Origin: a virus
Length of the DNA stretch: 64,000 nt
Virus record (IMG/VR): IMGVR_UViG_3300045738_002140
Location: 32,001-96,000 of that record
Direction: 5' to 3' (one strand)
Numbering within the stretch: the stretch's first letter is position 1; each line of letters begins with the position of its first letter. The notes beneath the pieces are model-generated. The model saw only the letters and a list, made by a program, of their open reading frames with translations. It was not told where the DNA came from and did not search any database. Positions 27,973 through 37,605 of this stretch are shown in pieces. Position numbers and translations under genes: made by a program.

Positions 27973-29193
27973 TTATGATTTATCATCGCGCGGCTTCTTA
28001 TCCTTTTCGGCTGGGACCTGAGAAGGGGCGGCCGCGGCCAGCGAGGTGACCGACAAGCCGACCTCGCGCAGGGATTTCCGCTCAGAACCATGGCTGCCTG
28101 CGCGGGTTCCTCCCCACCAGAATCTTGCTGGAAGGTAGTTTTCCATTTCTTCTACTACAATGCGGGAATAGTCTCGGGCAAACTGATCAAATGGCATTCC
28201 TTCTATGTCGAAGACCCCTTCAATCAGTGACTGAACTAACCCAATCAGAACCTTTTCTTCTTTCCCGTTCCAGAAATGACGATGACCAAAGGATGCCCTT
28301 ATTGAACCCCTTACGGTCCCCATCATCTTGTCGTAATCGCTTTTTTCAGTTATCTTCATATTGCTCCAGTTTGCTATGTATTCCTCTTTGGTCATGCGAT
28401 CGTAGTGATGGATGGCCGTTACGTCTATTAGCTGATTTGGGAGCCAAATATGGTTTGATACCGCTTTAGCAGCTCTGTAGAAATCGACATCGTGGAGTTT
28501 TTTGTCTAGTTTTTTGGCGCAAACATATGTCCAGTAAAGGGTATTCTCTGTTGCTCCATCACTGAGGGCTTTTTTGATGAGGTCAAGCCCATACTCTTCG
28601 AGTAGATCTTTTACTACCTGAGTGTTGAATTGACAGTGTGCAGCAATCAATGAGCTCGGTGGCGCCGTTAAGTTCAGGTGCTCAGATGCTGCCCGCCACC
28701 AATGATGCGTGGATCCGGCAGCGCCCGGCGGCTTTCCGACTGCGGTTTTGATTCGTCCATTAATAAAAAAATCTTTTACTTCACATTTGTTTGCGATATA
28801 TTGGTCACAGTCTATTATTTGCACAAATTCTGTATCGATGTGCTCATGGAGTAATAGTTTTAGGCCTTTTTGGCGCTGCCAGTGTTTACCTTTGTGAAAA
28901 GTGTGTGCCCATTTTTGACTGTCCTTCACAGGCTCGAAGAGGTGTCCGCGCTTTTGCTGCTTCCCATCGCTGCCTTGTCCATGATGAAGGAATCCGAGGT
29001 CAACATCACGGTCTTTTAATATTTTATACTCATGGGAAGTGGGAAGAGATTCAATATCGTTTGGGGTTACTACTAATATTTTGATGTCTTTCTTGTCGAC
29101 CAATCTCTCTATTGTGGGGATTACGCATTTCATTAGTCTAATTTCGTCTGTGGGGCCAGACATGACTGTAACTAGCGTTAGTCTTTTATTCAT
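27973..29193 (-). CDS. Hypothetical protein, GT-A-like N-terminal domain
   Basis: WQRQKGLKL and IDCD (DxD) motifs. Confidence 0.55.
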   Translation of the reverse strand: MNKRLTLVTVMSGPTDEIRLMKCVIPTIERLVDKKDIKILVVTPNDIESLPTSHEYKILKDRDVDLGFLHHGQGSDGKQQKRGHLFEPVKDSQKWAHTFHKGKHWQRQKGLKLLLHEHIDTEFVQIIDCDQYIANKCEVKDFFINGRIKTAVGKPPGAAGSTHHWWRAASEHLNLTAPPSSLIAAHCQFNTQVVKDLLEEYGLDLIKKALSDGATENTLYWTYVCAKKLDKKLHDVDFYRAAKAVSNHIWLPNQLIDVTAIHHYDRMTKEEYIANWSNMKITEKSDYDKMMGTVRGSIRASFGHRHFWNGKEEKVLIGLVQSLIEGVFDIEGMPFDQFARDYSRIVVEEMENYLPARFWWGGTRAGSHGSERKSLREVGLSVTSLAAAAPSQVPAEKDKKPRDDKS

Positions 29194-29211
29194 ATTTTAT
29201 AAAATCTTTAT

Positions 29212-30222
29212 TTAGAAGTCATCTTCTAGGCTCCCTGAACTTTGATAGTCTTTTACTTTTCTTTCGAAAAAGTTGGTCATGGCCGTGGTGTCAACAACCT
29301 CGGACAACCAAGGGAATGGATTCTGGTCACTGTCAAATCGGAAATCAATACCTATGCCTTCAAGTCTCCTGTTACCGATATACTTCATGTAGTCCACAAA
29401 CATATCCGCGTTTAAGCCTAGGATTCCTCTCGGCAGAACGTCATGGGCGTATTGAATTTCGAGGTCTACGGCTTTTTTAATGTGTTCGACCGTTTCTTCT
29501 TCGAACTTCTTTGTCCACACCGATGGGTATTGTTTTTTTATTGTGTTAATTAGGTATGTCCCGAACTGTATGTGGAGGGTCTCGTCCCTTAGGGTATATC
29601 TAATCTGGTCTGAAAGTCCCGGTAATTTGTTTTGTCTACCCAGAGCGAGTAGCATGGCAAATCCACTAAAGAAAAATGTGCCCTCGCAAACAATGTAATA
29701 GGTTATGAGGTTGCGAAGAAACTCCCTTTTGCCTTCTGTTGTTTTTGTGGAAAAATCTTGCCTGTTGACATCTGTCGTGATCTCTATCAAAAAGTCGTCC
29801 TTGGCTTTAATGCTTGGAATATTAAGGTACGCCTCGTAAACCTCCGAGACCTTTAGCCCGTAGCTGTCGCAACAGGTTACTATCGTCCAGTTATGAAGGG
29901 ATTCTTCGTATGCTTGCCTGAGTATATATTGACTGCACTCCGCGTCAGTTATCCACCTGTTGACTGTAAGTAATAGGTTGTTTCCTACTAGGGACTCCGT
30001 GCTGGCAAAGAAGCCCAAGCAGCGCCTGACTAGGAGTTTTTCGTCTTTTGTTAGGGCGTCTGATTTCCATTGGTCAACATCGTCGCTCATGTTAATCTCG
30101 GACGGAGCCCAACTGTTGGCTACGCCCTTTAGGAATAAGTCCCATGCAAATTTATGTTTGTGCGGAAGTATTTGGTTTACCCCTCCGATTTCTTCCCCTA
30201 GTAGTAGCCCTGTTTTGTTCAT
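29212..30222 (-). CDS. nrdB: Ribonucleotide reductase beta subunit, class Ic (R2c)-type
   Basis: ESLVGNN, EESLH, EGTFFFSGF, RDETLH, NFFE; TAATG coupling to nrdA puts the start at 30222. Confidence 0.95.
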   Translation of the reverse strand: MNKTGLLLGEEIGGVNQILPHKHKFAWDLFLKGVANSWAPSEINMSDDVDQWKSDALTKDEKLLVRRCLGFFASTESLVGNNLLLTVNRWITDAECSQYILRQAYEESLHNWTIVTCCDSYGLKVSEVYEAYLNIPSIKAKDDFLIEITTDVNRQDFSTKTTEGKREFLRNLITYYIVCEGTFFFSGFAMLLALGRQNKLPGLSDQIRYTLRDETLHIQFGTYLINTIKKQYPSVWTKKFEEETVEHIKKAVDLEIQYAHDVLPRGILGLNADMFVDYMKYIGNRRLEGIGIDFRFDSDQNPFPWLSEVVDTTAMTNFFERKVKDYQSSGSLEDDF

Positions 30223-32666
30223 TATTGACAACTCTCGCATGAAGGATCTTGTATATTGCAGGCCGCTGGTTCTCCGTCCTGTGTCGCTTGGGTGAATGAT
30301 TTTTCGATTTTGCTTGCGGCTTCTGTTCTTAAGTAGTATGTGCTCTTAAGTCCCCTGTTTCTGGCGTGAATATAAAGGTCGTTCAAGAGTTTAAGAGATG
30401 TCTTATTGTTAAACAGGTTTAAGCTTTGGCCCATATCTATCCATTTTTGTCTCGCTGCGGCACCGTCTATCAAAATAAATTGATCCTGATCAAACGCTAC
30501 CCTGTATTGTCTCTTAAGTCCCTCGGGTAGCTCTCCGTTTAGGTCTGCAACATTTCCGTCTACGGCCTTGATCATTTCTATAAGATTTTTTGACCAAATA
30601 TTTAGTTTCTTACATTCTTTCACGAACCACTCGTTTGTTATCGTCAGGTTTCCCGATTTGTTTTCGTAGACGAAAAGGACAGAAAAATCAGGCTCAACAG
30701 AAGGAGAGCAACCTTGAATGTAAGATATAGTAGCAGTAGGAGCGACAGCCATAGTGTTACTGTTACGCATACCGTAAATCCCAATATCATCCCGTAAACT
30801 TTTCCAATCCACCTCAGAAACATATTCTTTGCCCTTATGGATGATAGGCTGTTGGTCCAAATAATCCATAAGTTTTTTATATGTATCTATGGGAAGAGAG
30901 CCCTTGCTCCACTTGGAGCCTTCGTAGGTTTGGTATTTTCCTCTTTCCTTTGCTAGTCTGTTTGAATTTAAGATACAATGATATGAAATAAATTCATAAA
31001 GTTCATCTGAGAATCTAACCGCCTCCTTCGACGAGAAGTCTATTCCATATGAGTGGAAAACGTCTGCCCATCCCATCGTGCCTGCTCCGACGGGTCTGTG
31101 TTTGTTGTTGGCTTTTTCTGCTTCTTTTGTGGGGTAGAAGTTCAGGTCTATAACGTTATCTAGCATGCGCATTTGGGTAGCTATGCTTTTAGCTAAAAGC
31201 CTGAGGTCTAGCTTTCCGCTCTCTTTAAGGTGGCTCTTGAGGTTTATGGAGCTCAGGTTGCACACCGCTGTCTCTCCTATTTCGGTCTTTTCCCCGTGCT
31301 TATATTTAGAGGCCTTGGTGTGTAAAAAAATTTCTGTACAAAGATTTGAGCTATTTATTATTCCTTCGTGTGAGTTTGAGTACCTTATATTGGCGTTGTC
31401 CTTGAACGTCATCCACGGGTGCCCTGTTTCGTAAAGGGATCTTAACATCTTCTTCCACAAAGATTTAGCTTTTATTATCTTATGGTTTTTAATTTCCCCC
31501 TCTTCCGCTAGTCTGCAATAATCTTTATATTTTTCATCAAACTTATCGCCGTAGGTGCCGTGAAGATCCTTTACGTCATTTGGGCTAAAGAGGTACCAGT
31601 CTTCGTTTCTTTCTACTTTTTGCAAAAAAAGATTTGGAATCCAATTGGCCGTATTGATATCGTGACAGCGACGACGCTCTTCTCCAGTGTTCTTCTTTAA
31701 GTCTAAGAATTCCTCTATATCTAGGTGCCAAGTTTCAAGGTACGCACATCCTGCGCCGGGGCGTTTGCCGCCTTGGTTAACCGCGACTAGGAGATCGTTA
31801 AATATCTTAAGCCACGGAACAAGACCGCTTGAGGTCCCGTTTGTCCCCTTTATGTAGGACCCTGACGCTCTAAAATTAGAGACATCCAATCCTAATCCGC
31901 CCGCGAACTTGGATTTCCTAGCTTCTTGCCACGCCCCTTCGAAAATTCCATCTATTGAGTCGTCGAAAGTATTAAGGTAACAAGAAGAAAGCTGAGAGCG
32001 AGCGCCACCGCTATTAAAAAGTGTTGGGGTCGACGGGCAAAGCCTAAATGTAGAGATAGCCTCATAAAATTCAATTGCTTTCTTTTCTTTGTTTTTTTCA
32101 TTTAGCGCTAGCCCCATCGCTACCCTCATCCAAAAGGATTGGGGAGACTCTAGTCGCCTGCCGCCCATGCTGTGCAGGTAGCGATCATATAATATTTGTA
32201 AACCAAGGTATTTAAATTTAAAATCTCTTTCGGGGCAAAGGATTTCTGATAATTTTTTTAAGTCAAAATCAAGAAGCCTTTCGCTTAGAATTCCTTCTTT
32301 CACTAGAAGCTTTATGTTTCTTATGAATGATAGTCTGTATTGATGGTCAAAGGCGTCTTTGTCTACGCTGATTCCGAATACTTCTTTGTGAATATTCCCT
32401 AGGAGTAGCCTCGCTGCAACGTAGCTGTAGTTCGGTTCCTGTTCTATCTTCGTCCTTGCGGACATGATAAGGGCCCTATCTATCTCCTTGGTGGGGATCT
32501 TGTCGTAGAGCTGAACGTTCGCGTCGATTACAACTTCGCTAGCAGAAACCCCCTCTAGCCCTTCGCAGGCTCTCTGCGCGCAGATATTGGCTTTGTTTAT
32601 GTCGAGGGGCTGCAGTCTGTTGTTTCTTTTCTTTACGTTAAGTATGTTCTTTTTGTGGGGGTCCAT
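30222..32666 (-). CDS. nrdA: Ribonucleotide reductase class I alpha subunit with ATP cone
   Basis: VKKRN cone, TPTLFN, SSCY, SNLCTEI, VCNL, APTATIS, STYYLR, C-terminal CESC. Confidence 0.97.
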   Translation of the reverse strand: MDPHKKNILNVKKRNNRLQPLDINKANICAQRACEGLEGVSASEVVIDANVQLYDKIPTKEIDRALIMSARTKIEQEPNYSYVAARLLLGNIHKEVFGISVDKDAFDHQYRLSFIRNIKLLVKEGILSERLLDFDLKKLSEILCPERDFKFKYLGLQILYDRYLHSMGGRRLESPQSFWMRVAMGLALNEKNKEKKAIEFYEAISTFRLCPSTPTLFNSGGARSQLSSCYLNTFDDSIDGIFEGAWQEARKSKFAGGLGLDVSNFRASGSYIKGTNGTSSGLVPWLKIFNDLLVAVNQGGKRPGAGCAYLETWHLDIEEFLDLKKNTGEERRRCHDINTANWIPNLFLQKVERNEDWYLFSPNDVKDLHGTYGDKFDEKYKDYCRLAEEGEIKNHKIIKAKSLWKKMLRSLYETGHPWMTFKDNANIRYSNSHEGIINSSNLCTEIFLHTKASKYKHGEKTEIGETAVCNLSSINLKSHLKESGKLDLRLLAKSIATQMRMLDNVIDLNFYPTKEAEKANNKHRPVGAGTMGWADVFHSYGIDFSSKEAVRFSDELYEFISYHCILNSNRLAKERGKYQTYEGSKWSKGSLPIDTYKKLMDYLDQQPIIHKGKEYVSEVDWKSLRDDIGIYGMRNSNTMAVAPTATISYIQGCSPSVEPDFSVLFVYENKSGNLTITNEWFVKECKKLNIWSKNLIEMIKAVDGNVADLNGELPEGLKRQYRVAFDQDQFILIDGAAARQKWIDMGQSLNLFNNKTSLKLLNDLYIHARNRGLKSTYYLRTEAASKIEKSFTQATQDGEPAACNIQDPSCESCQ

Positions 32667-32785
32667 TCTGGTGATAGGGCGTAATAGATATTACATGGTT
32701 TTGCCTTAAAAAGAAAGAAAAAAAGAGCAACGAGAACTTTTTTGACATCAGGGGTAGGGAAAGTGTACGAGGCTTTGTTTTCCGG

Positions 32786-33139
32786 CTACACTAGGCCAGA
32801 GGAATCGTTAGGGTGTTTTTTCCCTTTTCTTTCTTCGCTATATTTTTTGAAGTTTTCTTTTTGGATTGGGTCGTAGCCTTCTTTTTGTATTCTCATTTCG
32901 CTTGCCTCTTTTGCCCTGTCCCATAGCTCTCCGACTGTCCCTTTCCCGTCTCTTGTTTTCTCTATGAACTTTTTCGGGGACCATGGGTTCGGCCGCCCCT
33001 CTACATTGAAGTTCGTCGGAGTAAAAACTCTGGACCATTCTGTTCCGTCTTTGTCTATATACGCGTGGACGTCGGTCATCTTTTGGTGAAGCTCTACCAT
33101 CTCTTCTGTTTCTGGATGTACGTATATATAAAGCGGCAT
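32786..33139 (-). CDS. FmdB-like small protein lacking the zinc cysteines
   Basis: MPLYIY...E......M...WSRVF pattern. Confidence 0.6.
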   Translation of the reverse strand: MPLYIYVHPETEEMVELHQKMTDVHAYIDKDGTEWSRVFTPTNFNVEGRPNPWSPKKFIEKTRDGKGTVGELWDRAKEASEMRIQKEGYDPIQKENFKKYSEERKGKKHPNDSSGLV

Positions 33140-33143
33140 GTTC

Positions 33144-34253
33144 TTATTCTAGGGCTTTAAGCTCTTCTGTTATGGAGTCTAGCATTTTTCCGTAAGTAAA
33201 TTTTTCTTGTAGCTTCATTCCTTCTTCGTTTATTCTGTTTTTATTTAGCCTTTCCACGACCCTTTCGCAACCTTTGATGAAGTCTTCGTCGTCAAAATCA
33301 TATATGTTTCCTTGGTTAAAGTTCTCGCCTTTTCGAAAAAACATATTATCATAAACTTCTATTTTGTTTTTAGGCTCAACTAAGACGGAGTTTTCTTTGT
33401 TTGCCCACTGTTTATATCCGCTGCAATTTAATACAACCGCGTGTTTGCCCATAGCAACAGAGTGAAACTCTGGTAGTCCCCACCCTTCCCCGCCAGACAT
33501 GGCAATAACGACGTCTGCTGAATTTAGGAAGTCGTTATAGACGCTGTTCTTTTCCATGCTCCCAAGAAAATTTACATTGAAGTATTCTTTCCCTTCCATT
33601 ATTTGCTGTACAATTTGGTTGTTGTCTTCTGGCTTAAGGAAGGGGTTCCAGATGGCGCATTGTAAAAAATATTTTGGATTATTTCCGTATGTTTTTATCC
33701 AAGCTCTTATCGCTTTTACGTGGTGTTTTCTTTTTTCAAATTTTCCTGTAAGATTGAAGACTATCCTCTCGTCGGAGAAGTATTTTTTGTTTAATATCTT
33801 AAAGTTAAAGTCGTCAAAGGCTAGAGGGACTGTCCCAACGTTGTCTGCGCCATTCATAGTTAGAATGTCCTTGGTCTCTTCGTTGCTAACAAGAACTCTG
33901 CTGTTGTTCTTTATTATGTTTAGCTCTGTTTCTGTCGGTTGGTCTAGTTCGTAGAATGTAAATAGAACTTGTCTCTCGCTGAAGGACTCTAAGGATCCAT
34001 TAATGTGCCAAAGCTTAAAAATGGGTGTTTTTCTGTTGTGTGTGTGTTGTGACTTCTTAACACAGACGTCTATCCAGTCGGAGAAGTCTTTCTCTGCGGG
34101 TTGGCAATTTATATCTACGTTACCTACTGGAAATAGGCAGGGCTCTAGCCCTCTCTTGTGCATTTCCCTAAGCAGGGACGTCGAAACCTGCCCAAAGCTA
34201 ACGCTATTTACGGGCAGATGTAAGGAAAGATTCATATATGATATTACTATCAA
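33144..34253 (-). CDS. Glycosyltransferase family 4-like
   Basis: GKFEKRKH, SGGEGWGLPEF. Confidence 0.85.
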   Translation of the reverse strand: MIVISYMNLSLHLPVNSVSFGQVSTSLLREMHKRGLEPCLFPVGNVDINCQPAEKDFSDWIDVCVKKSQHTHNRKTPIFKLWHINGSLESFSERQVLFTFYELDQPTETELNIIKNNSRVLVSNEETKDILTMNGADNVGTVPLAFDDFNFKILNKKYFSDERIVFNLTGKFEKRKHHVKAIRAWIKTYGNNPKYFLQCAIWNPFLKPEDNNQIVQQIMEGKEYFNVNFLGSMEKNSVYNDFLNSADVVIAMSGGEGWGLPEFHSVAMGKHAVVLNCSGYKQWANKENSVLVEPKNKIEVYDNMFFRKGENFNQGNIYDFDDEDFIKGCERVVERLNKNRINEEGMKLQEKFTYGKMLDSITEELKALE

Positions 34254-34267
34254 TCATGCAAAAATAC

Positions 34268-34298
34268 AAAAAAATCAGGGCACGAATGCCCTGATTTT
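34268..34298 (-). terminator. Intrinsic terminator
   Basis: AAAATCAGGGCA-TTCG-TGCCCTGATTTT plus T run. Confidence 0.85.
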
Positions 34299-34323
34299 CT
34301 TTTGTGGACACTCTCGGGTGCCT

Positions 34324-34617
34324 CTATTGCAGGAGATCCGCCGTGTCTTCTGCTTGTTTCTCGGTGCTTTCGGTGCTTTCGGTGCTTTCGGTTGAGGAAC
34401 CTTCCGTTGATGTGGATAGCTCTTCGGACCTATAGACCCTAAAGTCTGGGGCCTTGTCGTTTGTCTTATTGGAGTTCAAAAAGACAACTACCTTTTCCTT
34501 TTCGCCCTCTGCGTTGACCATGTGGCCTGCAAGATACTTGCGTCCAGTGCTTTTGCCTTCCCTTTTCCAAAGGGCACCGATTTCCCTGTCACTCCATTTA
34601 TTAGTGCTGTTGTTCAT
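34324..34617 (-). CDS. DUF736-like small protein
   Basis: EIGALWKR...YLAG...KAPDFRVY; acidic tail; upstream TTGACA. Confidence 0.7.
   Translation of the reverse strand: MNNSTNKWSDREIGALWKREGKSTGRKYLAGHMVNAEGEKEKVVVFLNSNKTNDKAPDFRVYRSEELSTSTEGSSTESTESTESTEKQAEDTADLLQ
34362..34392. repeat. 9-bp coding tandem repeat (CGGTGCTTT)x3
   Basis: Direct reading; encodes STE-STE-STE. Confidence 0.85.
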
Positions 34618-34654
34618 ATATTAATATATAACACATACTCCTAGTGTTGTCAAA

Positions 34655-35254
34655 TTATATTTTGTCTGGCCATTGGTGTTTGCCCTTCATCTTTTTGTTG
34701 AGTACTTTAATTCCCCTTTCGTGGAGGTTTATGGCTGTCTGTGTGCTGGCCTTTATTGTCTTAGCTATCTTTGCCCACGGAGCCTTCTTCCCGTTTTTGT
34801 CGAAGTACCTTAGTTCAAAAACCTGTTTTATTCTTTTATCTTTTAGTTGATTAAGTATATTAAATACAAACTCTAGGTCGTCTTTGTAGTTTTTCTGTGG
34901 TTGTGGGCCGTGGTTGTTCACTAGGTAATCTAGGTCCTTCTCGTCCACGGCGAGATACCTGTTGTTGTTTATTACATTCAGGCAGTGGTACTTTATTTGG
35001 TTCCCGAGCCAAGTCGAAAACTTTACGTTCCTTGTCGGGTCAAAGCTCTTTGCGGCTTTATAGACATAGAAGTCTTTTTCTTTGGATACCTCATGTACGC
35101 AATGCCCTGACGCCATTATCGCTGGAGAGTATTTTTTATAAATAGTAAAACACAGCGGGCTGTGTCTGCTTATTAATTCGCACAGGCTTTTCTCGCAGTT
35201 TTCTGCCTTAACGTTTTCTGCTAGGGCTTTGTCTTGAATTAGGTTTTCATCCAT
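34655..35254 (-). CDS. Sigma70-family RNA polymerase sigma factor (regions 2 and 4)
   Basis: KAAKSFDPTRNVKFSTWL (region 2); QVFELRYF...WAKIAKTI...AINLHERGIKVL (region 4 HTH). Confidence 0.85.
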   Translation of the reverse strand: MDENLIQDKALAENVKAENCEKSLCELISRHSPLCFTIYKKYSPAIMASGHCVHEVSKEKDFYVYKAAKSFDPTRNVKFSTWLGNQIKYHCLNVINNNRYLAVDEKDLDYLVNNHGPQPQKNYKDDLEFVFNILNQLKDKRIKQVFELRYFDKNGKKAPWAKIAKTIKASTQTAINLHERGIKVLNKKMKGKHQWPDKI

Positions 35255-35688
35255 TTTTCTATCCTTTGTTTAAAATTTTCTATACTCATTTTCTTGTCCT
35301 CAAATCTCAGGAGGTCTATGTGCTGCCCCTTCATGTCGAACATCCTCAGGGGGGTTCTGGAATACTTTAGTAATTCTTTTTTTTCTTCCTCTCTAAAGCA
35401 CTTTTGTTCTTCTATAACCTCTTCACTGTTTAGGGAGTTTATTATTATTTTTACGCATAAAGTGTGTTCATTTTCTATTGTTGTTTTGGCGCAGGAAACT
35501 GCGAACAAAAATTTTTGGTTGGGTGATATGTGGTTAATTACTTTAGCATAGTTCTCGTTCATAAAGACAGGAAACCTAGGCTTCATGACAAAAACGGGAG
35601 TCACGAGCCCTTCACCGTTCTTGTCTCCTGTTTTAGAAGCGTAGTTCGATATTATTTCTTTAAGCTTTTTCCAGCCATTTTTCTTCAT
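35239..35688 (-). CDS. Hypothetical protein
   Basis: Overlapping ORF in operon. Confidence 0.7.
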   Translation of the reverse strand: MKKNGWKKLKEIISNYASKTGDKNGEGLVTPVFVMKPRFPVFMNENYAKVINHISPNQKFLFAVSCAKTTIENEHTLCVKIIINSLNSEEVIEEQKCFREEEKKELLKYSRTPLRMFDMKGQHIDLLRFEDKKMSIENFKQRIEKWMKT

Positions 35689-36322
35689 GTTCTCTTAGCC
35701 ATTTTAGGAATTTTTTAACTTTTGCGGCGACGCATGCTTCGACCTTTTCCATTGTCCCGTGTATGTACTCCAGCTCTACTCTGTAGTCTGCGTCTTTTTT
35801 GACCAACGGGTCTTGCCGTTTTTCTTCTTCGTTTGCGGGTGCGCGGAAGACTTTGCCTATCTTTGTTTTGGGCCAGTGCCTTTTGTCTGGGGTCTCTTTT
35901 ATTTCATATTGGGAAATATGCACCAGCACTCCCCCAAGTTCATTCTTGAGCCAGTAGGCTTCGTCCTTTTCGTGTTCGTTATATCTTATGTCCGTTATAC
36001 ATATAACTGTTGGTTCGTCAAAGCGGAGCACGTCTAGGGTGTGCTGTAGTCTGTCTATCCAGTGCCTTCCCTTTGACATTTTTCTCTTTGTCCTCCCGTG
36101 ACAAACCAATAAGTCTCTTATGCTTTCCTTTTCTTTTCTTGAGCAGCTTAGGGCGTCTATGCCGTAACTTGGGAAGGTTATGGAGTTTATCTCCACCTTA
36201 AGGGCATCTGCTAGAGCAAACCTTTCTGAATTAATTTTTAATTTTTTTAATTCTTTTTTAAGAACCTTGAAGAATAAATCTTTTCCTGATCCAGCTACGC
36301 CTGATAATCCTATATAAAACAT
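35660..36322 (-). CDS. Deoxynucleoside monophosphate kinase (T4 gp1-like)
   Basis: IGLSGVAGSGKD, FALADALK, ITDIRY..E; ATG at 36322. Confidence 0.85.
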   Translation of the reverse strand: MFYIGLSGVAGSGKDLFFKVLKKELKKLKINSERFALADALKVEINSITFPSYGIDALSCSRKEKESIRDLLVCHGRTKRKMSKGRHWIDRLQHTLDVLRFDEPTVICITDIRYNEHEKDEAYWLKNELGGVLVHISQYEIKETPDKRHWPKTKIGKVFRAPANEEEKRQDPLVKKDADYRVELEYIHGTMEKVEACVAAKVKKFLKWLREHEEKWLEKA

Positions 36323-36353
36323 CAATCAAAGATATCATAAAGTAACCGAAAAG

Positions 36354-36776
36354 TCAATCGTTAACTTTGACTATGCTTTTTAGGTTGATTTGAAGGTCTT
36401 TGCAGATTTCTAAGGATGAATAGTCATTTTGGTAAATCTCCCCGAAAACTACATTGGGAATTCCGTATGCGGCGATGGTTCTTAGGCACTCATTACACGG
36501 CAGGTGTGTGCACGCAAGCACACGGCCTTCCCCGGGTTTTATGTATCTTAGTGCGTTTACTTCTGCATGGACCACTCTCTTTCTTCTCGCATCCCTGTCT
36601 TTCCAGTCGATCTCTATGTTGGGGGGAGCCCCGTTGTAACCCAGTGAGGCTACAGAATTGTCTCCTCGGAGAACGCACGCCCCAACCTTAAGGTAGGGGT
36701 CTTCGCTTCTTTTCGAAGCCACTTTTGCTAGTTCAAGTGCATAGCTTTCCCAGCTTATTCTTTTTGTTTTATCCAT
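36354..36776 (-). CDS. dCMP deaminase
   Basis: RSED...VGA, GYNG, HAE, PCNEC. Confidence 0.93.
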   Translation of the reverse strand: MDKTKRISWESYALELAKVASKRSEDPYLKVGACVLRGDNSVASLGYNGAPPNIEIDWKDRDARRKRVVHAEVNALRYIKPGEGRVLACTHLPCNECLRTIAAYGIPNVVFGEIYQNDYSSLEICKDLQINLKSIVKVND

Positions 36777-36839
36777 TAAAAGGGGGGGCAGCGCGGCACT
36801 GATATGAAAACGGTTATGCCTCGCCGCCCCGTTGTTGGT

Positions 36840-37115
36840 TCAACTCTGCAAAAAAGACCCTTGTTGGGTGCTCTGAGCTTTGGAATACAGAACTCGTGGC
36901 CTCCCTGCTTTTGGGGTAGACTTTCCGACCACCCTAAGTGCACCGCTTCTTACTGCTGTATTAATCTTTAGCTGGATTGATACATTAGACAAGGGTGTTG
37001 ATACCGTGGAGGCTAAGTCCTTGACTGTAAAGTGGCCGTCCGGCCACTCTACCTTCACTGCTGGTCTTCCGCGACGCTTTACGTCTGTATTGACTGATTG
37101 ATTTTGTGTGTTCAT
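36840..37115 (-). CDS. Small DNA-binding protein (AT-hook-like motif plus winged helix)
   Basis: KRRGRP; FTVKDLA...GRPRVLY. Confidence 0.6.
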   Translation of the reverse strand: MNTQNQSVNTDVKRRGRPAVKVEWPDGHFTVKDLASTVSTPLSNVSIQLKINTAVRSGALRVVGKSTPKAGRPRVLYSKAQSTQQGSFLQS

Positions 37116-37124
37116 ATTCTCTAT

Positions 37125-37187
37125 AAGATAGAATACTTTTATTAAAAAGTCAAAAAAAATTGATTAATTTTTGTTTGGGCATATTAT
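37125..37187. promoter_or_regulatory. Divergent sigma70 promoters at the strand switch
   Basis: Minus: TTGACT(37153-48)-17-TATCTT. Plus: TTGATT(37160-65)-16-TATTAT, 7 nt before the ATG at 37195. Confidence 0.65.
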
Positions 37188-37194
37188 GCTATTG

Positions 37195-37605
37195 ATGACT
37201 TCGCTTGACGCATCTAATAAGCTTTTTGAATGGTTCGCTGAAAACGATACCTTTTCCTTGGAGCGAGACTTTGGCGGCGTTATGCCTGAGTTTAATGATA
37301 GGGAGGAGGGGGGCGCCATACTCACCTGTGCCCTAAGAGATCTTGAAGCAATAGATTTTATACAAAATTGTGGTGACTTTTGGGTTTTGAAGAAACCCTT
37401 TGTCTCGTTTTCTCAAAACGTAGAGCTACAGCCTCAGGTCTGCTTGGGTATCTCTCAGGTCATCAATGGGTTTTGCGGTATTATAGGCGACGAATCGGAC
37501 GCCTGCGACCCTTCTAGGGTACAGCCCAAGGACATATCAAACATGCTGACTATATGCGGTTATCTCATGCAGCAGAACGCTCAAGAAAGTGATAAGGAAG
37601 AATGA
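37195..37605 (+). CDS. Hypothetical protein
   Basis: First gene of the right arm; start inferred from promoter spacing. Confidence 0.7.
   Translation: MTSLDASNKLFEWFAENDTFSLERDFGGVMPEFNDREEGGAILTCALRDLEAIDFIQNCGDFWVLKKPFVSFSQNVELQPQVCLGISQVINGFCGIIGDESDACDPSRVQPKDISNMLTICGYLMQQNAQESDKEE

Noticed and set aside
32681-32694. Palindrome GTAATA-GA-TATTAC upstream of nrdA as an NrdR box
   Set aside because: Single copy and a poor match to the NrdR consensus; may be a variant of the GTGTAA motif or chance.
34362-34392. 9-bp tandem repeat as a functional DNA element
   Set aside because: In-frame slippage repeat in a disordered acidic tail.
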